A stretch of DNA of 61,927 bases, the filler included. It is 8 parts of 8 records of this genome, joined end to end, with 100 filler letters (N's around TTAATTAATTAA, not from the genome) between each part and the next. Parts side by side here need not be neighbours in the genome. Positions count along the whole stretch, not along the records: positions 31,069 to 36,967 come from SRR31147125_1422; positions 37,068 to 43,615 come from SRR31147125_1438; 6 more parts are not named here. One strand, given 5' to 3'. Positions 34,889 through 43,715 of this stretch are shown here, piece by piece. A model generated the notes under the pieces. The model had not been told where the DNA came from. It saw nothing but the letters and a program-made list of their open reading frames with translations, and made no database searches. The first letter of the stretch is position 1, and each line of letters starts with the position of its first letter. The position numbers and the translations under genes were made by a program.

Positions 34889-35302
34889 ATGAGCCGTTCT
34901 GACAAAGTCGGACTCGTCACTGTGATCGCCCTGGCGGCGATCATGGTGATCGTGCTCCTGTGGCCGTCCAAGCGCTACAAGCTCTTGCCAGGGGATCTGG
35001 CGGAGGATGACGGGCTTCCCGACGGTGTAGTACCCGAGCCCGGGGGCGGAGTAGACGACGTTCAAGCGCCTGTCCGCAACCGTCCGGAGGTCGAACCGGA
35101 CGGAAGCCTTGAGCCTGGATACGAGTATGACGAGAACGGCGTCTACCAGGTTCCCGCCGGCATCGGTCCCGAACCTGAGGAAGCCAAGAAAAGCGCCGTG
35201 GTTGTCATCCAGCGAATAGGGCAGCCCAAAGGGCTCAACGGCGAGTCTCTGGTTCGAGGAGAAACCAACTCCAGCGACCAAACCACCGTCGAAATCGAGT
35301 AG
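34889..35302 (+). CDS. N-terminally anchored acidic Pro/Gly-rich protein (putative virion membrane protein)
   Basis: TM VGLVTVIALAAIMVIVLLW followed by a D/E/P/G-rich region. Confidence 0.7.
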   Translation: MSRSDKVGLVTVIALAAIMVIVLLWPSKRYKLLPGDLAEDDGLPDGVVPEPGGGVDDVQAPVRNRPEVEPDGSLEPGYEYDENGVYQVPAGIGPEPEEAKKSAVVVIQRIGQPKGLNGESLVRGETNSSDQTTVEIE

Positions 35303-35311
35303 GGGGCTATC

Positions 35312-35848
35312 GTGGCCTCTCTACCTCCGGAAACGACCGAGAAACTCTCGAAGACCCTCTACAACTATGGACTTCGAACGCTCATCCCGCGCGGCTCCAT
35401 CCTTGGAGCTGAAGAGCGTTACTCCCTCGTGCTGATCTGGCCGGCGACTCAACAGGGTTTCTTGAAGCCCGGGGAGTCCCACATCATCAAGAGGCTTCAA
35501 GCGGTGGGCCTTGACGTCTGCATGGCTCTTGATGGCGACATCTGGGCGATCACGGAGATCGAGCCACAGCGAGCGGGCATTACATCTGACAGCGTGTACA
35601 CAGCCGTTTCAGAGATGATCGCTATCGGCCTCATATTCGAGGAGGAGTTCATACCAGCTCCCGAGATCCTCAAGGACATCGCCGAAAGCGCTCAATCGAT
35701 AGTCGCAAACACTGACCTCGAAGAAACCGGGAAGGAGGCCCTCAAGACGGCAAAGACGATCCTCGCGGTGGTTATCTGCCTGGGGATTCTAGCTCTCATC
35801 TGGGCCTTAGTTTCCAGGGTTCCCAAGAAGAAGGAGGTCTCCCAATGA
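35312..35848 (+). CDS. C-terminally anchored membrane protein (putative virion protein)
   Basis: GTG start after GGGGG; C-terminal TM ILAVVICLGILALIWALV followed by a basic tail. Confidence 0.7.
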   Translation: MASLPPETTEKLSKTLYNYGLRTLIPRGSILGAEERYSLVLIWPATQQGFLKPGESHIIKRLQAVGLDVCMALDGDIWAITEIEPQRAGITSDSVYTAVSEMIAIGLIFEEEFIPAPEILKDIAESAQSIVANTDLEETGKEALKTAKTILAVVICLGILALIWALVSRVPKKKEVSQ

Positions 35849-36015
35849 AGAAGAACGGAGTCGTGATCGTGCTCCTCCTGGTGGTCATCACGCTTCAGAT
35901 CTCCTGGATCGTATACGTGCAGGTCCAGAAGGCGAAAGCGAAGGCTCTTCTCAAAGAACAAGGCGTAGGCAACCTGGCCTCGGTGCTTGCGACCTTGCCG
36001 GGAGGGTCGCTTTGA
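35845..36015 (+). CDS. 56-aa single-TM protein (putative virion membrane protein; not in the ORF track)
   Basis: AAGGAGG RBS; ATGA overlap with the previous stop and TTGA overlap with the next start; MKKNGVVIVLLLVVITLQISWIVYVQVQKAKAKALLKEQGVGNLASVLATLPGGSL*. Confidence 0.8.
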   Translation: MKKNGVVIVLLLVVITLQISWIVYVQVQKAKAKALLKEQGVGNLASVLATLPGGSL

Positions 36016-36626
36016 AAAAGGACACAAAAAAACGAAACATCATCATCGGGGCAACTGTTGCCGGGGTGATTCTGACCATTCTCGTATTGGTCTTCATCGT
36101 GAAGCGCAAATGGACTGTCACAGATTCCAGGGAGCCCAAGGGAGGCGGGCGATCTTCGGGTGGCTCAAAAGGGGGTGAAGACGCAAAGCTGAAGGTTCCC
36201 CTGGACAAAGGGAAGCTGAAGGAAGTCGCCGGGGAGCTGAAGGACATCGCCATAGGCAAGTTGCCCGTGGTGAACGTAAACCCGGAGCCTCAAGAAGGAT
36301 TCAATCCGCTTTCACCAACTACCGTGCCGGTTCCCGGTAAAGCGTACGCTGTGAAATCAGGTGACTCGGATTCCCTCATCTGCGCGAAGGCCGGGTTCTC
36401 AAACGTTCACGCGGCTCGAATGAAGTTTCGAGATCACGCGCTGAATGCGTGGATACCCAAAACCACCTTGTACGGTCCGGAACAGCTCAACCTTCGCAGG
36501 GAATGGGCTCCCATGGCCGGCTACGAGGATCGCTCATACGCCTACAAGACCGCGCAGAAGGTGCCGAGCAAGAAATACAAGTGGCCTGTGGTGTATGTCC
36601 CCCGCATCGATGAGGTCCCCGCATGA
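36012..36626 (+). CDS. Membrane-anchored LysM-like domain protein
   Basis: N-terminal TM, Gly/Ser/Lys linker, then GKAYAVKSGDSDSLICAKAG..LN (LysM YxVxxGDxxxxIA pattern); GGAGG RBS. Confidence 0.65.
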   Translation: MKKDTKKRNIIIGATVAGVILTILVLVFIVKRKWTVTDSREPKGGGRSSGGSKGGEDAKLKVPLDKGKLKEVAGELKDIAIGKLPVVNVNPEPQEGFNPLSPTTVPVPGKAYAVKSGDSDSLICAKAGFSNVHAARMKFRDHALNAWIPKTTLYGPEQLNLRREWAPMAGYEDRSYAYKTAQKVPSKKYKWPVVYVPRIDEVPA

Positions 36627-36922
36627 GCGAGGTAAAAGGAATCCTCGAGTGGTCCACCATTTGGGACACCACGAACCAGTTCACCACCGTGAAACTTCCT
36701 GCGGGGCACTACAACCTCACAGCCATGTTCGCCGCTGCGAGCTACCTTCCTTTGGAAGACAATGCGGGGGAGTACGATCGCACCTCTCAAGGCCGGCTTC
36801 TCCCCAGGGACAAGACAAGGCCGCTCTACCTGAAAGAGGAAACCCCCATCACCTACTTCATCCCGGTTGGGGCAATAGTCGGGGTTGAACGAATCAGACC
36901 CGTTAACCCTTACGAGGTCTGA
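36623..36922 (+). CDS. 99-aa soluble beta-rich ORFan (possible minor capsid/vertex protein)
   Basis: GAGG RBS; ATGA overlap with the previous gene; alternating hydrophobic strands, no TM. Confidence 0.6.
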   Translation: MSEVKGILEWSTIWDTTNQFTTVKLPAGHYNLTAMFAAASYLPLEDNAGEYDRTSQGRLLPRDKTRPLYLKEETPITYFIPVGAIVGVERIRPVNPYEV

Positions 36923-36924
36923 AG

Positions 36925-36967
36925 GTGGGGTTCCGTCTTCACATACCCTCCGGGGTTCTCAACTCGG
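36925..36967 (+). CDS. Start of the next ORF of the operon, truncated by the contig end
   Basis: GAGGT RBS; GTG 2 nt after the previous stop; MGFRLHIPSGVLNS.. open to the edge. Confidence 0.4.
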
Positions 36968-37067
36968 NNNNNNNNNNNNNNNNNNNNNNNNNNNNNNNNN
37001 NNNNNNNNNNNTTAATTAATTAANNNNNNNNNNNNNNNNNNNNNNNNNNNNNNNNNNNNNNNNNNNN
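36968..37067. other. Artificial contig spacer
   Basis: N44-TTAATTAATTAA-N44. Confidence 0.99.
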
Positions 37068-37190
37068 TGGACCAGTTATAGTGGCTACGATCCGGAAGTT
37101 AGCTCAAACAATCCACTTTTAAGGGGATACGAGCGTTCATCTTACCCACGGGCTCGAGTTGTAACATTTGGACTTAATATCAAATTTTAA
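37068..37190 (+). CDS. susC: SusC/RagA TonB-dependent transporter, C-terminal fragment
   Basis: WTSYSGYDPEVS..YPRARVVTFGLNIKF*. Confidence 0.9.
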   Translation, partial: WTSYSGYDPEVSSNNPLLRGYERSSYPRARVVTFGLNIKF

Positions 37191-37201
37191 AAATTAGCAA
37201 A

Positions 37202-38833
37202 ATGAAAAGTGTTAAATACTATATCATATTTATTTTACTTGGGGTAATTACTTCATGCGACGATTATCTGGAAACTACTCCTTATTCATTTACGTCACCC
37301 GAAAACTTTTATACAACGGCCAGTGAGGCAGAAATTGCACTTACAGGAGTATATGCTGTTTTAACTGAAACAACTGTTCAGGATTACGGTAACCAGTCGA
37401 CTTATAGTCGCCAACTGATGTTTATGCTTAATGGTGGTGTGGATGAATGCCTAACCAATCACAACTTCAATAATATTAATATTTCGCCCTGGGGAGTGGC
37501 GGGCTTTACTGCCGAAAGCAGCTATACTGAAGAAAACTGGTTTTTCTTATATGCCGGTATTAACAGGGCAAGCTACCTGATAGAAAAACTGGACCAAATT
37601 GATGATTTTGATAATAACAGGAAAGTAGAAATAGAAGGCGAAGCCAGGTTGCTTAGGGGCTTTTATCATATGATGCTTTCAATGATTCATGGAGCCATTC
37701 CGGTTTATACAACATCAGAGCAAGATCCTTCTGCATCTCGGGAATCATTGGATAATGTTTACGCCCAGATTATTGAGGACTACGAATTTGCCTATCAGAA
37801 TTTACCAGATCGTGCAACAGTTGATAGTCATGTAAATAAATGGACCGCAGCTTCGTTATTAGCCAAAGTATATACCTATTTGGGGAGTGCTAAAAAAACC
37901 GGTGTCCCTGATTTTGGTTTTACATTAAATAGTTTCGACTGGGTGGACGCCGATGATTGCTATGCAAAGGCATTGACCTATACAACGGATGTGATAAATA
38001 ATAGTGGTTATATTTTAATTTCAAATTACGACCGTTTGTTTCGCGAAACTACAAAACAAGATCAATATAAGGAATGTATGCTTACAGGTGAAGCTTCAAG
38101 TGATGCAAGTATTGAGTCAGTAAATGTAATATTGAATGCTTTTGTACCCCAGGGTAACAGAAATACTGTTGGTGGCGGCTATGGAAATTTTAGGCCTTTG
38201 GGTGAGCTATACAACAGATATGCAGCCCAGGATATTCGCAGAGACCATAATTTAACCGGGAATATTTTAAATACTGCAGACGTTGAAACTGTGGATGGTG
38301 TAAGGTATTATATTCCACGTGCTTTGCCCAGAACTACAGTTGGATATTATTGTATAGGAAAATACAGGATGGCTGATCCTGCAACCAAGTCGATCCCAAC
38401 CTGGGCATCAAACATTAGTTTACCTTTGCTGAGGTATGGCGATGTGGTTTTATTACATGCCGAAGCACAGTATTTTACTGGCGATGAGGATGGTGCGCGG
38501 AATACACTAACGATGTTGCGTGAAAGAGCAGTTGGAGAGTCAACTACAGTGGAAACGTTAAATGAGGCATATTATAACAGCGATTTTATACAGGAACTTC
38601 TTGATGAAAGATCAAGGGAATTGTGCTTTGAAAACTGGAGGCGTATCGATTTGGCACGTTTTAACGCATTTGATGATGCTGTTGAGTTTTTATCAGCAGA
38701 AACTACCATCGGTTTTTATAATGTTTCTGTTACAACATTGAAGCAAAACTGGAAGTCTGAAAAGATATGGATTCCAATCCCATTGACACAAATAGATTTA
38801 AATCCAAATCTGATACAAAACTCAGGATATTAA
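37202..38833 (+). CDS. susD: SusD/RagB-family glycan-binding lipoprotein
   Basis: Lipobox ITSC; GEARLLRG; LLRYGDVVLLHAEA; ERSRELCFENWRRIDL; NPNLIQNSGY. Confidence 0.95.
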   Translation: MKSVKYYIIFILLGVITSCDDYLETTPYSFTSPENFYTTASEAEIALTGVYAVLTETTVQDYGNQSTYSRQLMFMLNGGVDECLTNHNFNNINISPWGVAGFTAESSYTEENWFFLYAGINRASYLIEKLDQIDDFDNNRKVEIEGEARLLRGFYHMMLSMIHGAIPVYTTSEQDPSASRESLDNVYAQIIEDYEFAYQNLPDRATVDSHVNKWTAASLLAKVYTYLGSAKKTGVPDFGFTLNSFDWVDADDCYAKALTYTTDVINNSGYILISNYDRLFRETTKQDQYKECMLTGEASSDASIESVNVILNAFVPQGNRNTVGGGYGNFRPLGELYNRYAAQDIRRDHNLTGNILNTADVETVDGVRYYIPRALPRTTVGYYCIGKYRMADPATKSIPTWASNISLPLLRYGDVVLLHAEAQYFTGDEDGARNTLTMLRERAVGESTTVETLNEAYYNSDFIQELLDERSRELCFENWRRIDLARFNAFDDAVEFLSAETTIGFYNVSVTTLKQNWKSEKIWIPIPLTQIDLNPNLIQNSGY

Positions 38834-38966
38834 TATTATAGAAATAGTGACAAGCATATTCAATGCTTGTCACTATTAAACACAAAATACACGAATATAG
38901 CTTCCATAAACTGATTGCTGAATTGCATTCTGCATTCAAAATTCTGTCTATAAATAAGTTCAAATT

Positions 38967-40844
38967 ATGATATACTTACAACGAATATCGCTACTACTTT
39001 TAATAATATCGCTACATCTTTCGTCTCAGGGTAAAGATTTGTATTTGAAAGATTTTTATAAGCCTGGTAATAAAGATGCAACTCCGGCAGTTTTTCAGAT
39101 GCTACAAGAAGCCCGCAAATACGAAAACGTGAGAGTTTTTATTGAGGAAGGTGAATATCATTTTTACCCTGAAAAAGCTTTTGAAAAGTATTGTTATGTT
39201 TCCAATCATGATAATACAATGCGCAGGATTGCATTCCCAATTATAGGTTTCGATGGGCTGAATGTAATTGGGCAAAATGCCCGCTTTATTTTCCACGGGC
39301 CAATGATGCCTTTCGATATTGAAGATTCGAAAAATATAAAGGTTTCAGGGATAAGTATTGATTGGCATATTCCGTTGCACAGCGAAGCAATAGTGCTTGC
39401 AAATAATCCTGTTGAAGGAACTTTTGACCTGCAAATTTCAAAAGACTACCCCTATGTTGTTCGAAATAATAAATTGTTTTTTATAAAAGAAGGCTACGAG
39501 CACGATTTAGGACGGGCTATTTTGTTCGACCCAAAAAGAAAAGCAGTTGCCTACAATACCCGTAAATATACTCCTGTTGATGTTATAAACAGAAAAGTAA
39601 TTCAGAATAAAGAAAAAATTGAACATCAAAATTATATTGATGAAAACTCACCAAACTACGTTTACCAAAATGCCGAATGGGCGTTAAAGACTGAAGAAAT
39701 TGAACCTGGTTTGGTACGCATTAAAACCAGCAAGGAACTTCCTCCGGCAGGAACTATTTTAGTTTGCAAAGGCCGGAATGGAAATAATCGTATTGCCAAT
39801 GCTTTTCATATTCATAAAAGTAGTAACGTTGAATTAGAAAATATAAATATTTATCATGCAGGTGGTATGGGCGTGCTTGGCGAACGTAGCCAGAATATTG
39901 CACTAAAAAATATTAAAGTACGAACAAATCCAGATGATACACGAATGGTTTCGACCAGTGCCGATGCTACCCATTTTGTGAACTGTAAAGGTACGATAAC
40001 AATAGATGGTTGTGAATTTAGAAACATGCTCGACGATGCCACCAATGTGCACGGTACATTTATAATTGTTGACGAAGTTTTAGCTCCAAATAAATTGGGA
40101 ATAAGAGTTGGGCACTATCAGCAAGCTGGTTTTGTTTTTGCAGAAAAAGGCGACAGAATTGGTATAATTAATCCAAAAACTTCAGCCCTTCCGCTAAGCT
40201 TTGGAACTGTTAAAGAATTTGAAGTTATTAATGAAAGGTATTACATTATTACTTTTGATAAAGCTCTTAATAAACCGGTATCAAAGGGTTTCGTACTTGA
40301 AAATTGTGATTGGTATCCTGAATTAACCATTACAAATTGTGTTGTTGCCGATAATCGAGCCAGAGGATTTTTACTATCATCACCCAAAAAAACGGTTATT
40401 GAAAATAATTATTTCAGTACAATGATGTCTGCAATTCTTATTCCGGTTGAACTAAGCTGGTGGTACGAATCGGGGCAGCCACAGAATATAACCATTAGGA
40501 ACAATACTTTTGGCGATTGTTGCTATGGAGGAAACAAATGCTCGGTTATTTCAATTCACACATCTCTTGATAAAACAGATTATATTTTTGGGAAAATTGT
40601 TATTGAAGGAAACGAATTTAACCATTTTGATTCTGCCATTTTACAGGCAAATGGGGTAAAAGAATTAAGTTTTATAAATAATACAATTAGTACCTCAGGA
40701 ACTTTTAAACCGCTCTTCCCAAAAAATTCAGTTTTAAGTTTTGACCATGTTGGAAAACTGAAAATAGATAATATTCAGTTTAACGGAAAACTAAAAGAAA
40801 AAGTGAGCCTGAATAATGTGGAAATTAAAGATTTAAATTTCTAG
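38967..40844 (+). CDS. GH110 alpha-galactosidase (parallel beta-helix)
   Basis: YVSNHDN..RRIAFP, SADATHF, NMLDDATNVHG, NRARGFLL, WWYESG; signal peptide. Confidence 0.85.
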   Translation: MIYLQRISLLLLIISLHLSSQGKDLYLKDFYKPGNKDATPAVFQMLQEARKYENVRVFIEEGEYHFYPEKAFEKYCYVSNHDNTMRRIAFPIIGFDGLNVIGQNARFIFHGPMMPFDIEDSKNIKVSGISIDWHIPLHSEAIVLANNPVEGTFDLQISKDYPYVVRNNKLFFIKEGYEHDLGRAILFDPKRKAVAYNTRKYTPVDVINRKVIQNKEKIEHQNYIDENSPNYVYQNAEWALKTEEIEPGLVRIKTSKELPPAGTILVCKGRNGNNRIANAFHIHKSSNVELENINIYHAGGMGVLGERSQNIALKNIKVRTNPDDTRMVSTSADATHFVNCKGTITIDGCEFRNMLDDATNVHGTFIIVDEVLAPNKLGIRVGHYQQAGFVFAEKGDRIGIINPKTSALPLSFGTVKEFEVINERYYIITFDKALNKPVSKGFVLENCDWYPELTITNCVVADNRARGFLLSSPKKTVIENNYFSTMMSAILIPVELSWWYESGQPQNITIRNNTFGDCCYGGNKCSVISIHTSLDKTDYIFGKIVIEGNEFNHFDSAILQANGVKELSFINNTISTSGTFKPLFPKNSVLSFDHVGKLKIDNIQFNGKLKEKVSLNNVEIKDLNF

Positions 40845-40906
40845 TCCCTTAATTTATTAGGTGCTAATAAAATCAAATTAAAATCTAAAAAAATCGCATT
40901 ATCGTA

Positions 40907-42236
40907 ATGAATATCAAGCTAATAACAGGTTTTTTTGTTTTTTTAAACCTAATAACAAACGCACAAACCCAGAAAGATTATTACGAAATAATAAAAGAAT
41001 CAATATACCAGGATTATGAAGGGATGTTTAGGAATGAAGGAGGGACTTTAAATTATCCTTTTATGACTCACTGGAAGTGAACAATATGCCGATGTATTAT
41101 GGGACTGGGACTCATGGTTAAGTAACATTGCAATAAGGCAAATATTAACAGACAAGGGCTCGGAGAAGTTAACAAAAGAGGCTGTAAAATATGAAAAAGG
41201 GTGTGTTTTAAATTTTCTTTCATTTTGTAAAAATGATGGTTGGATTCCTGTAAATGTTAAGAGAAACGCCAACGTTTTAAAACAAAAGCCAGCAAATATT
41301 TTATCCACCAATATGCACAAGCCATGCCTGGCACAGCATGCTGCATTTATAGTAAAAATGAATGATGGCGATGCAAGTTGGTTAAAGGACAACTTTTTTA
41401 AACTGCAATATTTTGTTGTCAATTATCAAAATCATCAACACCACAGAGCAACCGGACTTTATTATTGGCACGACGATGCCAAAATAGGCGTGGATAATGA
41501 CCCCTGTACGTTTTATCGGCCTGCACGTAGTTCTGGTTCAATTTACCTCAATTGTTTAATGTATAAAGAACTGGATGCAATGGCTTATTTAAGTAAACAA
41601 CTTGGATTAGTAGAAATAGCAAAACAGTACAAAACAGATGCACTAAAATTGAAGGCAGATATTCGTGAGCATTGTTGGGATGAACGCGACGGGTTTTATT
41701 ATAGTGTGGACCTAAATTTATTGCCCCGTCATAGCGATAAGTGGCAGTTACATTCGGGCAGCCCAAGAACCTATGATTGTTTAATTCAACGCATAGGCGT
41801 TTGGTCTGGCTTTATGGCCATGTGGGCAGGAATTGCTACACCTGAGCAAGCCCAAAGGATGGTAGAAGAACATCTTAAAAATGAAAAAACCTTTAATGCT
41901 CCTTATGGAGTCCGTACGCTTTCAAAGATGGAAAAAATGTACAATGTAAAAGCATCTGGCAATCCTTCTTCCTGGCTAGGTCCAATTTGGGGCATCTCAA
42001 ATTATATGACCTGGAAAGGATTGGTCGATTATGGCTTTAACGAAGAGGCACGTGAACTTGCCGCGAAAACAGTATCCATGTTTGGAAAAGACTACCATAA
42101 AACCGGTGTTTTACATGAGTATTATGAACCGGAGACCGGTTTACCCATCTTAAACCCGGGATTTCAAAACTGGAATTTTCTCGTTCTGAATATGATCGCC
42201 TGGTTAGAAGGAAAAGTGGTAGTACAGGAGTTTTAA
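40907..42236 (+). CDS. (alpha/alpha)6-barrel glycosidase, GH63/MGH1/trehalase-like; frameshift near 41069
   Basis: Signal peptide from ATG 40907; after removing 1 nt reads MTPGSEQYADVLWDWDSW; GVDNDP, CWDERDGFYY, WLGPIW, LHEYYEPETG, FQNWN. Confidence 0.8.
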
Positions 42237-42282
42237 TTCACTCACTTATGGCATAATAACCTAAACCAACAAAACTTAACTT

Positions 42283-43615
42283 ATGCTACAAAAAAAGGTT
42301 TTTTTATACTTCGAAATATCTATTTTCCTGTGCTTAATTTGCTGCACAATTACCAGTTATTCGCAAAAGGCAGATTTTGAAAACACCGAACTTTTTACTG
42401 AAGGATATCCAAGGGCATTTTTCTTCAGATACTCCGAAGGTCTGACTCATGTTGGATATGAAAATTGGAGCAAGACATTTGACCGCTTGGGCGGAATTAT
42501 GGGAAAATGCCTTGATGAAGAAGTACCCGGACGTAGTTCCAACATTCCCTTTTTTACAAAATTTAAAAAGCTACATCCGGAACAGTTGGTTATGCTTCAT
42601 TACAACGGAAACGCGCGAGACCCGAGAGATAATGGCACAAAATTTCATGCTGGTCATTGGTTGTATTACGAAGGAACAAAATTAGAGGTTGACTTAAAGG
42701 CAGAAAAAGGGACCATTACCATAAAAGTTGAAGACCCATCTATTTTTAAAATGAAAATTGGCAGATATAAAAGCAGGAATGAAGACATTGGTATCTGCAA
42801 ATTAACTGCAGAAGGTAAGCCGGATTGGAATTATGCCGAGCAGTTGCAATTGGTAGAAGTAAACAAAAAAGAAAAAACTATAACAGTAAAACGAGCTTGT
42901 TATGGTACAAAACCATTGGTTTTTAAAGCAGGAGAAGCATTGCTCTCTCCGCATGTAACGGAAGGGCCTTGGGGAAAGAATAATAATTTATTATGGTTGT
43001 ATAACCATAGTACAGAATGCCCTGAAGATGCAAATGGAAAAAAATGCGACGATATTCTGGCCGATGAATTTGGTGAGAGATTCAGTAAAAATGGTGCCTT
43101 AGAATTTTTCGATGGAGTAGAATTTGATGTGCTTTGGAATGAAATTTCCCATCCTACCTACAAAAGAAAGGTTGATGCAGATTGTGATGGCATTGGAGAT
43201 AATGGAATAATAAACGGGGTAAATACCTATTCGATAGGTGTTTATTTGTTTTGCGAGAAGTTGCGAAAATTGATAGGAGCCGAAAAATTAATTATGGCCG
43301 ATGGTATGACATCAGAATTTCAGCGAGGAGTACCCTTTTTAAACGGCATTGAAAGTGAAGGCTGGCCGCATCTGCGCGACCCTGAGGTTAGTGACTGGTC
43401 AGGAGGCTGGAATCGACATTTGTTTTGGAATAAGAATGCCTTTAAACCGGTCTTTAACTATGTGAACTTTAAATACATTCAAAATCTTAAAGAATTGCCT
43501 CCTATAAACCGTCAAAGGCTGGTATGGGCAACATCTGTTTTAATGGATGCCAGGATTACACATAGCGGTTACCGGATAAATAGACCCGCAGATGGAATTT
43601 ACACTGAAATTATTG
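42283..43615 (+). CDS. Secreted PUL-encoded hypothetical protein, possible TIM-barrel glycoside hydrolase, 3'-partial
   Basis: Signal peptide; FKKLHPEQLVMLHYN, FDGVEFD, MADG, LNGIESEGWP motifs. Confidence 0.55.
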
Positions 43616-43715
43616 NNNNNNNNNNNNNNNNNNNNNNNNNNNNNNNNNNNNNNNNNNNNTTAATTAATTAANNNNNNNNNNNNNNNNNNNNNNNNNNNNN
43701 NNNNNNNNNNNNNNN
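43616..43715. other. Artificial contig spacer
   Basis: N44-TTAATTAATTAA-N44. Confidence 0.99.

Larger units (their letters stand above)
33628..36967 (+). mobile_element. Putative virion-morphogenesis module of a tailless membrane-containing (double-jelly-roll) virus or provirus, right end truncated
   Basis: Eight co-oriented, abutting or overlapping ORFans at high GC: a 375-aa beta-rich protein resembling DJR capsids, five single-TM proteins including one with LysM, a small beta-rich protein and a partial ORF. Confidence 0.65.
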
